Shown here piece after piece: positions 1 through 9,555 of a stretch of DNA of 42,222 bases. Within the stretch, counting starts at the first letter, position 1. Every line of letters begins with the position of its first letter. Origin of the DNA: an uncultured Piscirickettsiaceae bacterium. GTDB lineage: Bacteria; Pseudomonadota; Gammaproteobacteria; PS1; Pseudothioglobaceae. The DNA lies in contig CAZMJI010000002.1 of the NCBI GenBank assembly GCA_964566765.1, forward strand, positions 1-42,222, written 5' to 3'. Position numbers and translations under genes: made by a program. Under the pieces are notes generated by a model. The model had not been told where the DNA came from. It did no database searches and saw nothing but the letters and a program-made list of their open reading frames with translations.

Positions 1-84
1 TCCTTTTTGCTTAAAAAACCATCAATTATACATAGGACGTCTGAAAAATCTCTATGCCTTAAGGGGTATATAACCCACTCAATA

Positions 85-561
85 TTAGTCAAAAATGTGC
101 GCGGTGATGGACCAGTTTTGATGGTTGTCGGTGTCAATGATGAGGCATTTGGCACCGCCGTGATTGCGGATATTGCCACAGGCACCGGGGTTGATAATCC
201 AAGGGGTTTTGTTGGTGTCAACCACCTGTTTGTGGGTGTGACCGTAGATAATCAGTTGCGCCTGTGGATAGGACTCTCTGAGCGAGTCGTGCGAAGGCGA
301 TTGGTGGCCGTGTAGGTGACCGTGTTCAATGGCAATGATCTTGTTGTCAATCTCCAGCGTCTCAATGGCGTTAAGCCAAGTGATGTGATCGTCATTATTG
401 CCTTTAACTGCAATTAATTTGTCCTTGGGTTGCAGCTGCGTTAGGGTTGATTCGTCAATAATATCGCCCACGTGAATGGCCAAGTCGCATTGGTTTGCCA
501 TGGCAACAATCTCAGGATGGATAAAACCGTGAGAGTCGGATAAAACACAAAGCTTGGGCAT
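85..561 (-). CDS. YfcE-like metallophosphoesterase (calcineurin-like phosphoesterase family)
   Basis: The 158-aa ORF carries the ordered MPP motifs DSHG, GDIIDE, GNND, GH(L)H and GHTH. Confidence 0.8.
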   Translation of the reverse strand: MPKLCVLSDSHGFIHPEIVAMANQCDLAIHVGDIIDESTLTQLQPKDKLIAVKGNNDDHITWLNAIETLEIDNKIIAIEHGHLHGHQSPSHDSLRESYPQAQLIIYGHTHKQVVDTNKTPWIINPGACGNIRNHGGAKCLIIDTDNHQNWSITAHIFD

Positions 562-798
562 GTTTTGACTAAGTGGGAGAAAAGCCGATTATTATACGCG
601 AAAGATGACTTTGACATCACCTGCACATTTCTTTGCTTGAATTTTTCTAGGGATAACAATTGCTTAACCGTTTTATCCAAGATGCGCGTTAAAAAACCCT
701 AAAAATCGCATATTTAGTTGGCATAATACTTTGAGCTTTGTTGAAAACACAAGCGCTTGAGGAGAATGAAAGTCTAAATACTACTAAAAGGAGATAAC

Positions 799-1203
799 AT
801 GGCAGTATTGTTTTCAGAAGAATGGATGAATCAACTCAAAGACGCTTGGAACGCTTCAGATGAAGTGCGCGGTAAGCTAGCTGAGATTGAATTCTCTTCA
901 AAAATTGCATGCGGTTTTAAGGGGGAAGGACAGCCGGCAGGTATTTTTGTGGTTGAAGGCGGCGAGTGTACGTTTGCTGGTGACTACGATGGTAGCGATA
1001 TCGATTGGGATATGCGCGCTGACAAAAAGAACTGGCTAAAGTGGATTGATAAGCCGCTAGGCATGGCTTCTATGGGCATGGCAGTGACCACTGGTAAGCT
1101 TAAGTTTGAGAAAGGTGATTTTGGCTCGATGATTAAAGATCCTCGTATGGCCAACCCTTTTGTTAAGAGCTTTGCGCTAATGAGTGAGATTGGCGGCGAG
1201 TAA
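799..1203 (+). CDS. SCP2 (sterol-carrier-like) domain protein
   Basis: The 134-aa ORF has an AAGGAG Shine-Dalgarno 6 nt upstream. Its C-terminal TGKLKFEKGD segment is typical of SCP2-fold proteins. A terminator follows. Confidence 0.6.
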   Translation: MAVLFSEEWMNQLKDAWNASDEVRGKLAEIEFSSKIACGFKGEGQPAGIFVVEGGECTFAGDYDGSDIDWDMRADKKNWLKWIDKPLGMASMGMAVTTGKLKFEKGDFGSMIKDPRMANPFVKSFALMSEIGGE

Positions 1204-1221
1204 CTAAGCCCTGGTTTCAAC

Positions 1222-1249
1222 AAAAAGCCCGCCTTGAGCGGGCTTTTTT
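1222..1249. terminator. Bidirectional intrinsic terminator between convergent genes
   Basis: AAAAA-GCCCGC-cttga-GCGGGC-TTTTTT: a 6-bp GC stem flanked by an A-run and a T-run, so it can function on both strands. Confidence 0.75.
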
Positions 1250-1254
1250 GTGTC

Positions 1255-1926
1255 CTAGTGCGGCTTAACCGGCACCATCTCCGCAAAGTTTTCAATATTG
1301 ATAAAGCCTTCAACCGGCTTGCTGTCTTGCTGGGAGCTGGGCTTGCTAATGGCCACCACGGTGCCAATGCCATAACGCTTGGCCGAATTGAGCACGGCCA
1401 AAGAATCGTCAAAGAACACGCTCTTGCCCTTGTCTAGATTGATTGCATCGCTAAGCTTGTGCCAAAAATCCTGCTCTTCCTTGGGCACGCCATAGTCGTG
1501 TGAGGAAATAATCTCATCAAAGTAGGCATCCAGATTGGTGACACGCATCTTAATCTCTAGGGTTTTTCGGTGGGCATTGGTGACCAGAAAAACCCGTTTT
1601 TGATGGGCTTTGGCCTCGCCTAGAAACTCCAGCACAAACGGATGCACCTGAATTAGGTGCGAAATGTCTTCTTTCATTTTGGCAATGTCCAGCTTAAACA
1701 CTTTTTGCCAATAATCCAGGCAATACCAATTGAGCTTGCCTTCTTCGGCGCGCAAAATGGGGTAGATGTGGTCTTTGGCGTCGTCATGCGTCAGATTGTG
1801 TTTGTTGGCAAACACCAATGGCAGGTATTCCATCCAAAAATGCAGATCGAAGTGCAGATCCAATAGGGTGCCGTCCATGTCCAGCAACACGGTATCAATC
1901 TGCGACCAGTCGATCACCTTGCTCAT
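1255..1926 (-). CDS. yrfG: HAD-family GMP/IMP nucleotidase (YrfG-like)
   Basis: DTVLLDMDGTLLDL (HAD motif I) and LNWYCLDYW closely match E. coli YrfG. The gene starts 4 nt downstream of the cysS stop. Confidence 0.8.
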   Translation of the reverse strand: MSKVIDWSQIDTVLLDMDGTLLDLHFDLHFWMEYLPLVFANKHNLTHDDAKDHIYPILRAEEGKLNWYCLDYWQKVFKLDIAKMKEDISHLIQVHPFVLEFLGEAKAHQKRVFLVTNAHRKTLEIKMRVTNLDAYFDEIISSHDYGVPKEEQDFWHKLSDAINLDKGKSVFFDDSLAVLNSAKRYGIGTVVAISKPSSQQDSKPVEGFINIENFAEMVPVKPH

Positions 1927-1930
1927 AAGG

Positions 1931-3319
1931 CTATTGACGACGCCAAGTGGTGCCGTTGGCAGAGTCCTCTAGAACGATACCCAGCTCAGTCAGTTCATCT
2001 CGAATCTGATCTGATAAGGCAAAGTCTTTGTCAGCACGTGCCTGATCTCGAGTGGCGATCTTTGCGCTAATTTCATCATCAGACAAGGCGACACCCTGGG
2101 TTAGGAAGCTCTCTGCATCGGTTTGCAGAATGCCGATATAACCACCCAGCTGGATTAGTAATTGCGCTAGAGCGCAAGCCAGATCGTGATCGCTGTCTCG
2201 AGCTGAATTAACCGCTTTGGCCAGCTCGAACAAAATGCTCAGTGCAATCGGGGTGTTGAAATCATCGTCCAATGCTGCGTTAAAGCGCGACTCAAAGTCA
2301 AAGCGTTGGGAGATCTCAGTGGTGGCCACGTCGCTGGCACCCAGGCCACGAATGGCGGTATATAGACGCGTCAGCGAGGCTTTGGCGTTATTTAGGTTTT
2401 CATCTGAGAAATTCAGTGGTGAGCGGTAATGCGAGCTCATGATAAAGTAACGCAAAGTCTCGCCATCATAGCTCTCTAGCACACCACGAATGGTAAAGAA
2501 GTTGTTCAGCGACTTTGACATCTTTTCATCGTTGATGTTAACAAAGCCCACATGCATCCAAGTATTCACAAAGGTGCAATCGTGCGCACCTTCAGATTGC
2601 GCAATTTCATTTTCGTGGTGTGGGAAGGTTAGGTCCATACCGCCACCATGAATGTCAAAATGCTTGCCCAAGTGGTGGGTTGACATGGCTGAGCACTCAA
2701 TATGCCAGCCCGGTCGGCCTTCACCCCAAGGCGAAGCCCAATGGGGCTCTGACGGCTTAGCCATCTTCCACAGTACAAAGTCTAACGGGTCCTTCTTATC
2801 GCTTTCCACATCGACGCGAGCGCCAGCTTCAAGCTCATCGAGATTCTTGCCACTGAGTTTGCCATAGGTCGGAAAATCACGCACTGAGTAGTACACATCG
2901 CCATTTTTGCCTTGATAGGCCACGCCTTTCTCGATCAAAGATTCAATCAAATAAAACATTTGATCGATGGAGTCGGTGGCCTTGGGTTCAACATCAGGTG
3001 GTAGTACGCCCAGCGCACATTCGTCTTCATGCATGGCCTCGATAAAGCGCTCAGTTAGTGAATAAATATCTTCGCCATTTTCAATCGCACGGGCAATAAT
3101 CTTGTCATCAATGTCAGTAATATTGCGCACATACTTCACTTGCGGAAAGCTGCGACGCAGATGGCGCGTGATCACATCAAACATCACCAAGACACGTGCA
3201 TGACCCATGTGACAGTAATCGTAGACCGTCATACCGCAGACGTAAATACCCACCTGCTCAGGATTAATTGGGTGAAACACCTCTTTTTGTTTGCTTAGCG
3301 TGTTGTAGATTTTTAGCAT
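1931..3319 (-). CDS. cysS: Cysteine--tRNA ligase
   Basis: The N-terminus [15 protein letters not shown] is colinear with E. coli CysS. HMGH (HIGH) and KMSKS motifs are present. Start trimmed to the ATG at 3319; the ORF track extends to a TTG at 3337. Confidence 0.95.
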   Translation of the reverse strand: MLKIYNTLSKQKEVFHPINPEQVGIYVCGMTVYDYCHMGHARVLVMFDVITRHLRRSFPQVKYVRNITDIDDKIIARAIENGEDIYSLTERFIEAMHEDECALGVLPPDVEPKATDSIDQMFYLIESLIEKGVAYQGKNGDVYYSVRDFPTYGKLSGKNLDELEAGARVDVESDKKDPLDFVLWKMAKPSEPHWASPWGEGRPGWHIECSAMSTHHLGKHFDIHGGGMDLTFPHHENEIAQSEGAHDCTFVNTWMHVGFVNINDEKMSKSLNNFFTIRGVLESYDGETLRYFIMSSHYRSPLNFSDENLNNAKASLTRLYTAIRGLGASDVATTEISQRFDFESRFNAALDDDFNTPIALSILFELAKAVNSARDSDHDLACALAQLLIQLGGYIGILQTDAESFLTQGVALSDDEISAKIATRDQARADKDFALSDQIRDELTELGIVLEDSANGTTWRRQ

Positions 3320-3487
3320 GGGGCTTATTTTACGCAAATTGCCTCAAGATAGCGACGATGCGCAGTGAAATTTGTCATCTATTGGCTTTGAGAAATAAAA
3401 CTTGACTAAAACCCTAGTTTTTATAGGTTATCCCGCTTGACCAAATTGTATAATGGTTGTTTTTGTATCATGTTTGGAGGAGACACC

Positions 3488-4087
3488 ATGAGCGTTTTAG
3501 TAACACAACAGGCCCCAGATTTCACTGCAGCCGCGGTTTTGGCAGATGGCACCATTGTTGAAGATTTTCAACTATCAAGCCTAAAAGGCAAGAAGATTGT
3601 TATCTTTTTCTACCCGTTAGACTTTACTTTTGTTTGCCCATCGGAGATTCTGGCGCACCACCACCGTGTGGCGCAGTTTGCGGATAAAGGTGTGGAAGTG
3701 GTTGGCGTGTCAATTGATTCGCAATTCACGCACAATGCTTGGCGTAATACCTCAACACAAGATGGCGGTCTGGGTGCGATCGATTTCCCATTGGTAGCAG
3801 ATGTGAACCACGCCATTGGTGAGGCTTACGGCATTATGCACCCAGCGGGTGTGGCGCTGCGCGCCTCTTTCCTAATTGACGAAGATTTCACTGTGCGTCA
3901 CCAAGTGGTTAATGACTTGCCACTGGGTCGTAATGTGGATGAGATGCTACGTATGGTAGACGCACTGGATTTCCACACTGAGCACGGCGACGTTTGCCCA
4001 GCGGGCTGGAACAAAGGCGATGAAGGCATGAAAGACACCCCAGAAGGTGTGGCCTCATACCTAGCAAAACACGCGGATGAGCTATAA
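3488..4087 (+). CDS. Typical 2-Cys peroxiredoxin (AhpC/Prx1 family)
   Basis: FYPLDFTFVCPSE holds the peroxidatic Cys and HGDVCPAGW the resolving Cys. A GGAGGAG Shine-Dalgarno precedes the ATG at 3488. Confidence 0.9.
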   Translation: MSVLVTQQAPDFTAAAVLADGTIVEDFQLSSLKGKKIVIFFYPLDFTFVCPSEILAHHHRVAQFADKGVEVVGVSIDSQFTHNAWRNTSTQDGGLGAIDFPLVADVNHAIGEAYGIMHPAGVALRASFLIDEDFTVRHQVVNDLPLGRNVDEMLRMVDALDFHTEHGDVCPAGWNKGDEGMKDTPEGVASYLAKHADEL

Positions 4088-4128
4088 GCACATCCTTGAC
4101 TAGTACATAAATACCCGGGAGAGAGACA

Positions 4129-4239
4129 ATGGATATTTATAAAAACTTAGACCGCACCAGTGCGTTTGTCTTCTGGACAACCACGTTTATGGTAGTTGGT
4201 TTGCTTGGTATTTCAGCACACACGGCTTTCTTTGCTTAA
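4129..4239 (+). CDS. Hypothetical 36-aa small membrane protein (below the ORF-track cutoff)
   Basis: MDIYKNLDRTSAFVFWTTTFMVVGLLGISAHTAFFA has one predicted TM helix. A GGGAGAGAG Shine-Dalgarno lies 4 nt upstream, and a strong terminator follows. No family recognised. Confidence 0.4.
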   Translation: MDIYKNLDRTSAFVFWTTTFMVVGLLGISAHTAFFA

Positions 4240-4264
4240 GGCGCTGATGGACTAACCAAATAAG

Positions 4265-4287
4265 GAGGGGCTTTGCCCCTCTTTTTT
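4265..4287 (+). terminator. Intrinsic terminator
   Basis: GAGGGGC-ttt-GCCCCTC forms a 7-bp stem followed by TTTTTT. Confidence 0.7.
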
Positions 4288-4305
4288 ATGAACAAGGAGA
4301 AGAGA

Positions 4306-4479
4306 ATGGATTACAAAAAACTTAAATGTATCGTTTGCGACTGGGTTTACGACGAAGCCCTGGGTGCACCTGACGAAGGTTTGGCGCCAGGCACCAAATG
4401 GGATGACATTCCAGCGGACTGGGTATGCCCAGTTTGTGGCGTTGGCAAGGATCAGTTCGAGATGGTAGAAATCGAGTAA
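4306..4479 (+). CDS. Rubredoxin
   Basis: The 57-aa protein has two CxxC knuckles (CIVC, CPVC), and WVCPVCG...FE is typical of rubredoxins. An AAGGAG Shine-Dalgarno sits at 4294-4299. The ORF-track start at 4273 lies inside the terminator and was rejected. Confidence 0.9.
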   Translation: MDYKKLKCIVCDWVYDEALGAPDEGLAPGTKWDDIPADWVCPVCGVGKDQFEMVEIE

Positions 4480-4517
4480 AATATTGTTTTTTTAAGTTTT
4501 TACTCACAAGGAAAGTC

Positions 4518-5591
4518 ATGTCAAAAGTACTCGTATTGCCAGGTGATGGTATTGGCCAAGAAATCGTTGCACAAGCGCTTAAGGTAATTGATTATCTTAA
4601 CGAAAATGAGAATCTTAATATGCAGCTGGTGCACGGTCTAATTGGCGGTACGGCGTATGATGAAACTGGCTCACCACTACCACAAGAAACCCTAGATGCA
4701 GCGCATGCTTGCGATTCGATCCTACTGGGTGCTGTGGGTGGTTACGAGTGGGAAGCGCTAGAGCGCGATCTACGACCAGAGCGCGGCCTACTGGGCCTGC
4801 GTGCGGAAATGGACCTATTTTCAAACTTGCGTCCAGCGATTCTATACCCACAATTGGCCGGCGCTTCAACCCTAAAAGAAGAGGTGGTCTCGGGCTTGGA
4901 TCTGATGATTGTACGTGAGCTGGTGGCTGGTATCTACTTTGGTCAGCCGCGTGGCGTGGAAGAGCGTGATGGTCAGAAGTATGGCTTTAATACCGCGACC
5001 TACTATGAGTCAGAGATTGAGCGTATTGGTCGCAGTGCGTTTGAGATTGCACAAAAACGTAACAAGCGCGTTTGTTCAGTCGATAAGGCCAACGTACTCG
5101 AAGTATGTGAGCTATGGCGTGACACCATGGAACGTGTGGCTAAAGACTATCCAGATGTAGAGCTATCACACATGTATGTGGATAACGCGGCAATGCAACT
5201 GGTGCGCGCACCTAAGCAATTTGACGTGATGGTAACCTCAAACCTATTTGGTGATGTGTTGTCAGACTGTGCAGCGATGCTAACCGGCTCGATCGGCATG
5301 TTGCCGTCGGCTTCACTCAACAAAGACGGCTACGGCATGTATGAGCCAATCCATGGTAGTGCGCCGGATATTGCTGGTCAAGACCTAGCCAACCCGCTGG
5401 CAACCATTTTGTCAGTATCAATGATGCTGCGTTACTCACTAGATCAGGCGGCCTTAGCTGATAAGATCGACCAAGCCGTGAATGTGGTGCTAGATCAAGG
5501 CTACCGCACGCGTGATATTGCGGCTGAGGGTGACACGGTTGTGGGTACCTCACAGATGGGCGACCTGGTGGTTGAAGCACTTAAGGGCTAG
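4518..5591 (+). CDS. leuB: 3-isopropylmalate dehydrogenase
   Basis: The N-terminus is [23 protein letters not shown] and NLFGDVLSD motifs are present. Length is 357 aa. Start trimmed from the ORF-track 4425. Confidence 0.9.
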   Translation: MSKVLVLPGDGIGQEIVAQALKVIDYLNENENLNMQLVHGLIGGTAYDETGSPLPQETLDAAHACDSILLGAVGGYEWEALERDLRPERGLLGLRAEMDLFSNLRPAILYPQLAGASTLKEEVVSGLDLMIVRELVAGIYFGQPRGVEERDGQKYGFNTATYYESEIERIGRSAFEIAQKRNKRVCSVDKANVLEVCELWRDTMERVAKDYPDVELSHMYVDNAAMQLVRAPKQFDVMVTSNLFGDVLSDCAAMLTGSIGMLPSASLNKDGYGMYEPIHGSAPDIAGQDLANPLATILSVSMMLRYSLDQAALADKIDQAVNVVLDQGYRTRDIAAEGDTVVGTSQMGDLVVEALKG

Positions 5592-5593
5592 TG

Positions 5594-5833
5594 ATGGAAA
5601 TCATTGTTTACTCAACCCACAGCTGCCCAATTTGCGTTAAAACCAAAGAGTTATTAACCAAGTGGAACCTGCCATTTGAACAGAGAATGATCGATGAAGA
5701 TCGTGCACTGTTGGCGGAGTTTTCCAAAGTGACCAATGGTGCGCGCATGGTGCCGCAGATTGTGATCGACGGCAAACACATTGGTGGCTTTAGTGATTTG
5801 ACTGAGCTACACATGGACGGTTTCTTCGACTAA
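5594..5833 (+). CDS. Glutaredoxin (CPIC active site)
   Basis: The 79-aa protein has YSTHSCPICVKTK, VPQIVIDGKHIGGFSDL and the GG motif. Its start abuts the leuB stop. Confidence 0.8.
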   Translation: MEIIVYSTHSCPICVKTKELLTKWNLPFEQRMIDEDRALLAEFSKVTNGARMVPQIVIDGKHIGGFSDLTELHMDGFFD

Positions 5834-5907
5834 GAACTGTCCTTGCTTGCTTGTTCGAATGGCAAGACTCAACTATACTAAGCGCGTTTTAATCAAATAA
5901 CGCGCCT

Positions 5908-6540
5908 ATGTTAAACCTCACACCCGAACTCTTAACCAGCCTACACTGGATTGTGCTGATTGCCGTGGTGGTGTCTTCAGCGTCAGGGGTATTAAAAGCA
6001 GGCTTTCGCCAGTTTGATCTATTTGGCGTGGTGATTATTGCCATTACCACCGGCTTAGGCGGCGGCTCCTTGCGTGACCTGCTATTGGGCCAGGAAGTCT
6101 TTTGGATTAAAGACCAGCTCTACTTTATCGCCTCACTCTCTAGCGCACTACTGATCTTTGTACTGGCGCGTATGGTGAAGGTTTCTGACCGCCTATTTCT
6201 AATACCCGATGCAGCGGGTTTGGCAACGTTTTCCATCGCTGGTACGCTGAGCTCGTTACTGGTGGGCGCGCCTTGGCTATTGGCCAGCTTTATGGGTGTG
6301 GTGACTGGCATTATGGGTGGTATTTTTCGAGATGTGTTGTGTAATGAAACGCCACTCATCTTTAAAAGCCCGCTATACGCCACAGCGGCCTGGGGTGGTT
6401 CGCTGTTTTTTATCGCCTTATTGGCACTTTCCGTACACCCAAGTCTGGCTGCCATCATCGCCGGTTTGGCGATCTTTATTGCGAGGCTATTGGCGCTAAA
6501 GTATAATTTAGGCTTGCCAAAATTTAGATTTAAGGAGTAA
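5908..6540 (+). CDS. Trimeric intracellular cation channel family protein (UPF0126, YadS/YicG-like)
   Basis: The 210-aa polytopic protein repeats the glycine-rich GGGxxRD motif (GLGGGSLRDLL and GIMGGIFRDVL). Confidence 0.8.
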   Translation: MLNLTPELLTSLHWIVLIAVVVSSASGVLKAGFRQFDLFGVVIIAITTGLGGGSLRDLLLGQEVFWIKDQLYFIASLSSALLIFVLARMVKVSDRLFLIPDAAGLATFSIAGTLSSLLVGAPWLLASFMGVVTGIMGGIFRDVLCNETPLIFKSPLYATAAWGGSLFFIALLALSVHPSLAAIIAGLAIFIARLLALKYNLGLPKFRFKE

Positions 6541-6545
6541 CAATA

Positions 6546-7127
6546 ATGACAGATGCAGTAAACAACCCGGACCTACAACGACTACTAGAGGGCAATGCGC
6601 GCTATGTGGCGTCACAGCTAACCCATCCTAATCAATCTAGTGAGCGTCGTGATGAATTGGCTCAGGGTCAGCATCCGTTTGCCATTATTTTAAGTTGCGC
6701 CGACTCACGTGTACCACCTGAGGTGGTGTTTGACCAAGGCCTGGGTGACCTATTTGTGGTTCGTGTGGCCGGTAATGTGGCCGATCCAGTGGTGATGGCT
6801 TCGATTGAGTATGCGGTCTTGCATCTGAATGTGTCACTGATTATGGTGATGGGCCATTCTCAATGTGGCGCGGTTGGTGCGGCTTGTTCTCGCGGTGAGT
6901 TTGATGGCCATATTCCAAGTCTGATGGCCGCCCTAGAGGGCCCGTTCCAAAGTGCTAAAGACCAAGCTGGCGACCTGGTGCAAAACGTGACCTTTGAAAA
7001 CGCTCGTCAAGTTAGTGAGCAGCTTAAAGCCACAGGCAATCAGTTTGCTGATTTGGTGGCGGATGATAAGCTGACGGTTGTGCCAGCTTATTACGAAGTT
7101 GAAACCGGTAAGGTCTCGCTACTATAA
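6546..7127 (+). CDS. Beta-class carbonic anhydrase
   Basis: Zn-ligand motifs CADSRVPPE and HSQCGAV are present, with the N-terminal LLEGNARY. Confidence 0.9.
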   Translation: MTDAVNNPDLQRLLEGNARYVASQLTHPNQSSERRDELAQGQHPFAIILSCADSRVPPEVVFDQGLGDLFVVRVAGNVADPVVMASIEYAVLHLNVSLIMVMGHSQCGAVGAACSRGEFDGHIPSLMAALEGPFQSAKDQAGDLVQNVTFENARQVSEQLKATGNQFADLVADDKLTVVPAYYEVETGKVSLL

Positions 7128-8078
7128 GTCTTTCGCCTCAACCTCTAAGAGCATGCGGTTGAGGTGTTTGCCCATTTGAGACTCATAGCTCACCCAGTCG
7201 TGATGATCAACGAGTCTTGCATGGGCGCCTGGCTTAATTTCATAATCCGCCAAGTCCTCATCATAGCCTCGAATCGCCTCTTCTTTTAGTACTTGCAAAT
7301 AAGTGAGATAAGGCATCAGCGCTTGCTCTGCATTGCCTGATGGGCCGTGGCCTGGCACATAGTGTGTCATCTTTAGGTCTTTGGCGTATTCCAAGGTGAC
7401 GATGTTCTCATGCATGTCTGACGAGTCACCAAATCCACCCAGACGTTTATTCACACAGTTGTCGCCTAAGAATAAGGTGCTCGAGCCCACATGCTCGATC
7501 ATAATGTCGGTGTCGGTATGGGCTTTTTGATTGACGTTGTAGTGAATCACAAAGGTCTCACCCGCCATCTGAATCTTTTGCAAGTGTGCTGTACCATCGG
7601 TTGGATAGGTAGCAATGGTGCCATTGGCCAAGCCGGCAGTATAGTCCATCATCAGTTTTACCCAGCTTTCACCGCTGCCGCCTTTGGCTTGCGAAATCAT
7701 CTCTGGATGGGCATAGATTTTGGCGTTTGGATATTTTTCAATAATGGCATGATTGCCTAGCCAGTGGTCGCCATGTACATGGGTATTAAACACACCGACA
7801 ATCGGCTTATCCGTGACCTTTTCAATCTCCGCAAGTACTTGACGACCTACGTGTAGGCTACTACCCGGATCCACCACAATCACGCCTTGATCGGCAATGA
7901 CAATGCCTGGATTATTCATAAAGCCTTCATTCTCAACGCTGGGCGCGCCCAGTGGGCCGTGCATAATTTGTACTTGTGGATTAAGGGCTTCAAATTGATA
8001 CTCACCCATCCCATCAATCACCCAAGCGCTGGCCGATAGTGAGGCACTCAGCGCAAGTGCCAATGTTATCTTTTTCAT
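7122..8078 (-). CDS. Periplasmic MBL-fold metallo-hydrolase
   Basis: The signal peptide is MKKITLALALSASLSASA and the metal motif is HVHGDH (HxHxDH). A GGGAGAG Shine-Dalgarno precedes the ATG at 8078. Paralogous to 27474..28412. Confidence 0.75.
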   Translation of the reverse strand: MKKITLALALSASLSASAWVIDGMGEYQFEALNPQVQIMHGPLGAPSVENEGFMNNPGIVIADQGVIVVDPGSSLHVGRQVLAEIEKVTDKPIVGVFNTHVHGDHWLGNHAIIEKYPNAKIYAHPEMISQAKGGSGESWVKLMMDYTAGLANGTIATYPTDGTAHLQKIQMAGETFVIHYNVNQKAHTDTDIMIEHVGSSTLFLGDNCVNKRLGGFGDSSDMHENIVTLEYAKDLKMTHYVPGHGPSGNAEQALMPYLTYLQVLKEEAIRGYDEDLADYEIKPGAHARLVDHHDWVSYESQMGKHLNRMLLEVEAKDL

Positions 8079-8131
8079 TCGTCTCTCCCAAAAACAGATG
8101 CACCATTGTACCAAATGATATAATCCGGAAC

Positions 8132-8689
8132 ATGCAGAAAAAGCCAATTGTGACTAACGTTAAGGACATCGCTACCACGCGATTGTTTAATATTCAGTCG
8201 ATGGATGTGGAGTTCTCCAACGGCGAGAAGCGTCAGTATGAGCGCTTAAAACCGCCAGGTGAGGGCGCGGTATTGGTGGTGCCCATGCTCGATGATGACA
8301 CAGTGCTGATGATCTATGAGTACTCGGGTGGTACGGATCGTTACGAATTGGCCCTAACCAAAGGCAAGATCGACGCCGGTGAAACCCCTATTGAAGCGGC
8401 CAATCGAGAACTGATCGAGGAGATTGGTTATGGCGCTAGAGACCTACAATTTGTTAAGACCATGACCTTGGCACCGGGTTATCAGTCTAATAAGACCCAG
8501 ATTGTCTTGGCGCAAGACCTGTACGAAGCCCAGGCTGAAGGCGATGAACCTGAGCCACTAACGGTGGTTAAGCACAAGCTGTCTGAGTTGGAGCAGTTGG
8601 TGTATAACGAAGATTTAACCGAAGCGCGTAGTATTGCAGCGTTGTACATGGTTAGAGAGATTATCAGACAACAGCAAACAGGTGATTGA
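8132..8689 (+). CDS. nudE: ADP compounds hydrolase (NUDIX)
   Basis: Colinear with E. coli NudE (RLF..QS.D.EFSNG..R.YER, the Nudix box GETPIEAANRELIEEIGY, and EGDEPEPL). Start trimmed to the ATG at 8132. Confidence 0.85.
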   Translation: MQKKPIVTNVKDIATTRLFNIQSMDVEFSNGEKRQYERLKPPGEGAVLVVPMLDDDTVLMIYEYSGGTDRYELALTKGKIDAGETPIEAANRELIEEIGYGARDLQFVKTMTLAPGYQSNKTQIVLAQDLYEAQAEGDEPEPLTVVKHKLSELEQLVYNEDLTEARSIAALYMVREIIRQQQTGD

Positions 8690-9341
8690 CATACCACCTG
8701 AGTTTATTCTCAGCACAGAAGAGACGCCATTTCCATCGGTTGACCTGGCACTAAAAGAGCCCAATGGACTGATTGCGATTGGTGGCGAACTGACCACCGA
8801 GCGCCTATTGTCTGCTTATCAACAGGGTATCTTCCCTTGGTATAGTGAGGGCGAGCCGGTGATTTGGTACAGCCCAGATCCGCGTATGGTGATCACCCCA
8901 GATCGTCTGCACATCTCTAAGAGTCTGGCAAAGCTCTTAAGATCCGAGCGTTTTGAAGTTCGAGTTGATAACAATTTTGAGCGTGTGATTGAGCAGTGCC
9001 AGCAAATCCAGCGCAAAGATCAAACGGGCACTTGGATTGATGAGGACATGCGCCTGGCTTATACACAGTTGCACCACCAGGGCTATGCCAAGTCGGTTGA
9101 AGTCTATCAGGACGGGCACTTGGTCGGTGGTTTGTATGGCGTCTCCTTGGGTCGTGTGTTTTTCGGTGAATCGATGTTTTCAACAGTCAGCAATGCGTCT
9201 AAGATCGCCTTTGTGTATCTACTCAATCAGCTGGATTATCAGCTGGTCGATTGTCAAGTGGAAAGTGAGCACCTAAAAAGCCTTGGCGCCTACAACATAA
9301 GACGTTCTGCCTTTATTAAAACCCTAGGTGAATTGCTGTAA
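8682..9341 (+). CDS. aat: Leucyl/phenylalanyl-tRNA--protein transferase
   Basis: LKEPNGLIAIGG, GIFPWY and GESMFS match E. coli Aat. The GTG at 8682 gives an N-terminal length similar to E. coli. The ORF is open from 8634. Confidence 0.85.
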   Translation: MIDIPPEFILSTEETPFPSVDLALKEPNGLIAIGGELTTERLLSAYQQGIFPWYSEGEPVIWYSPDPRMVITPDRLHISKSLAKLLRSERFEVRVDNNFERVIEQCQQIQRKDQTGTWIDEDMRLAYTQLHHQGYAKSVEVYQDGHLVGGLYGVSLGRVFFGESMFSTVSNASKIAFVYLLNQLDYQLVDCQVESEHLKSLGAYNIRRSAFIKTLGELL

Positions 9342-9373
9342 AATAGCGCTTATTTAACCATTAGGGAAAAACC

Positions 9374-9550
9374 ATGAAAACATTAGCAAAAATCTTCTCA
9401 CTAACGGCAGTTGTTCTACTACTAGGTGCCTGCGGTCGTATGGGCGAGTTAGAAAGCGTGAAACCACAAGCACAGGAGCTAGACAAGCAAACCACACAGC
9501 AAGTGGTGCCAGCACCTGAGATGGACATCATGCCGCATAAGTCTAAGTAA
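9374..9550 (+). CDS. Small lipoprotein, LptM (YifL)-like
   Basis: The 58-aa ORF is below the track cutoff. It has the lipobox LLLGAC and a polar tail. Small lipoproteins of this type characteristically precede lysA or dapF. Confidence 0.6.
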   Translation: MKTLAKIFSLTAVVLLLGACGRMGELESVKPQAQELDKQTTQQVVPAPEMDIMPHKSK

Positions 9551-9555
9551 GTCAC

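Noticed and set aside
7-315. 102-aa plus-strand ORF at the window start.
   Set aside because: It lies entirely antisense to the well-supported metallophosphoesterase gene (85..561). It has no Shine-Dalgarno or recognisable motifs and a Val/Gly-rich shadow-frame composition.
3437-3487. TTG-initiated 17-aa extension of the peroxiredoxin.
   Set aside because: A strong GGAGGAG Shine-Dalgarno precedes the ATG at 3488, and homology begins there. The extension covers the likely promoter region.
8634-8681. Upstream ATG start for aat at 8634.
   Set aside because: It would add 16 residues with no counterpart in Aat homologs and would overlap nudE by 56 nt. The GTG at 8682 matches the E. coli N-terminal length. 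This call remains uncertain.
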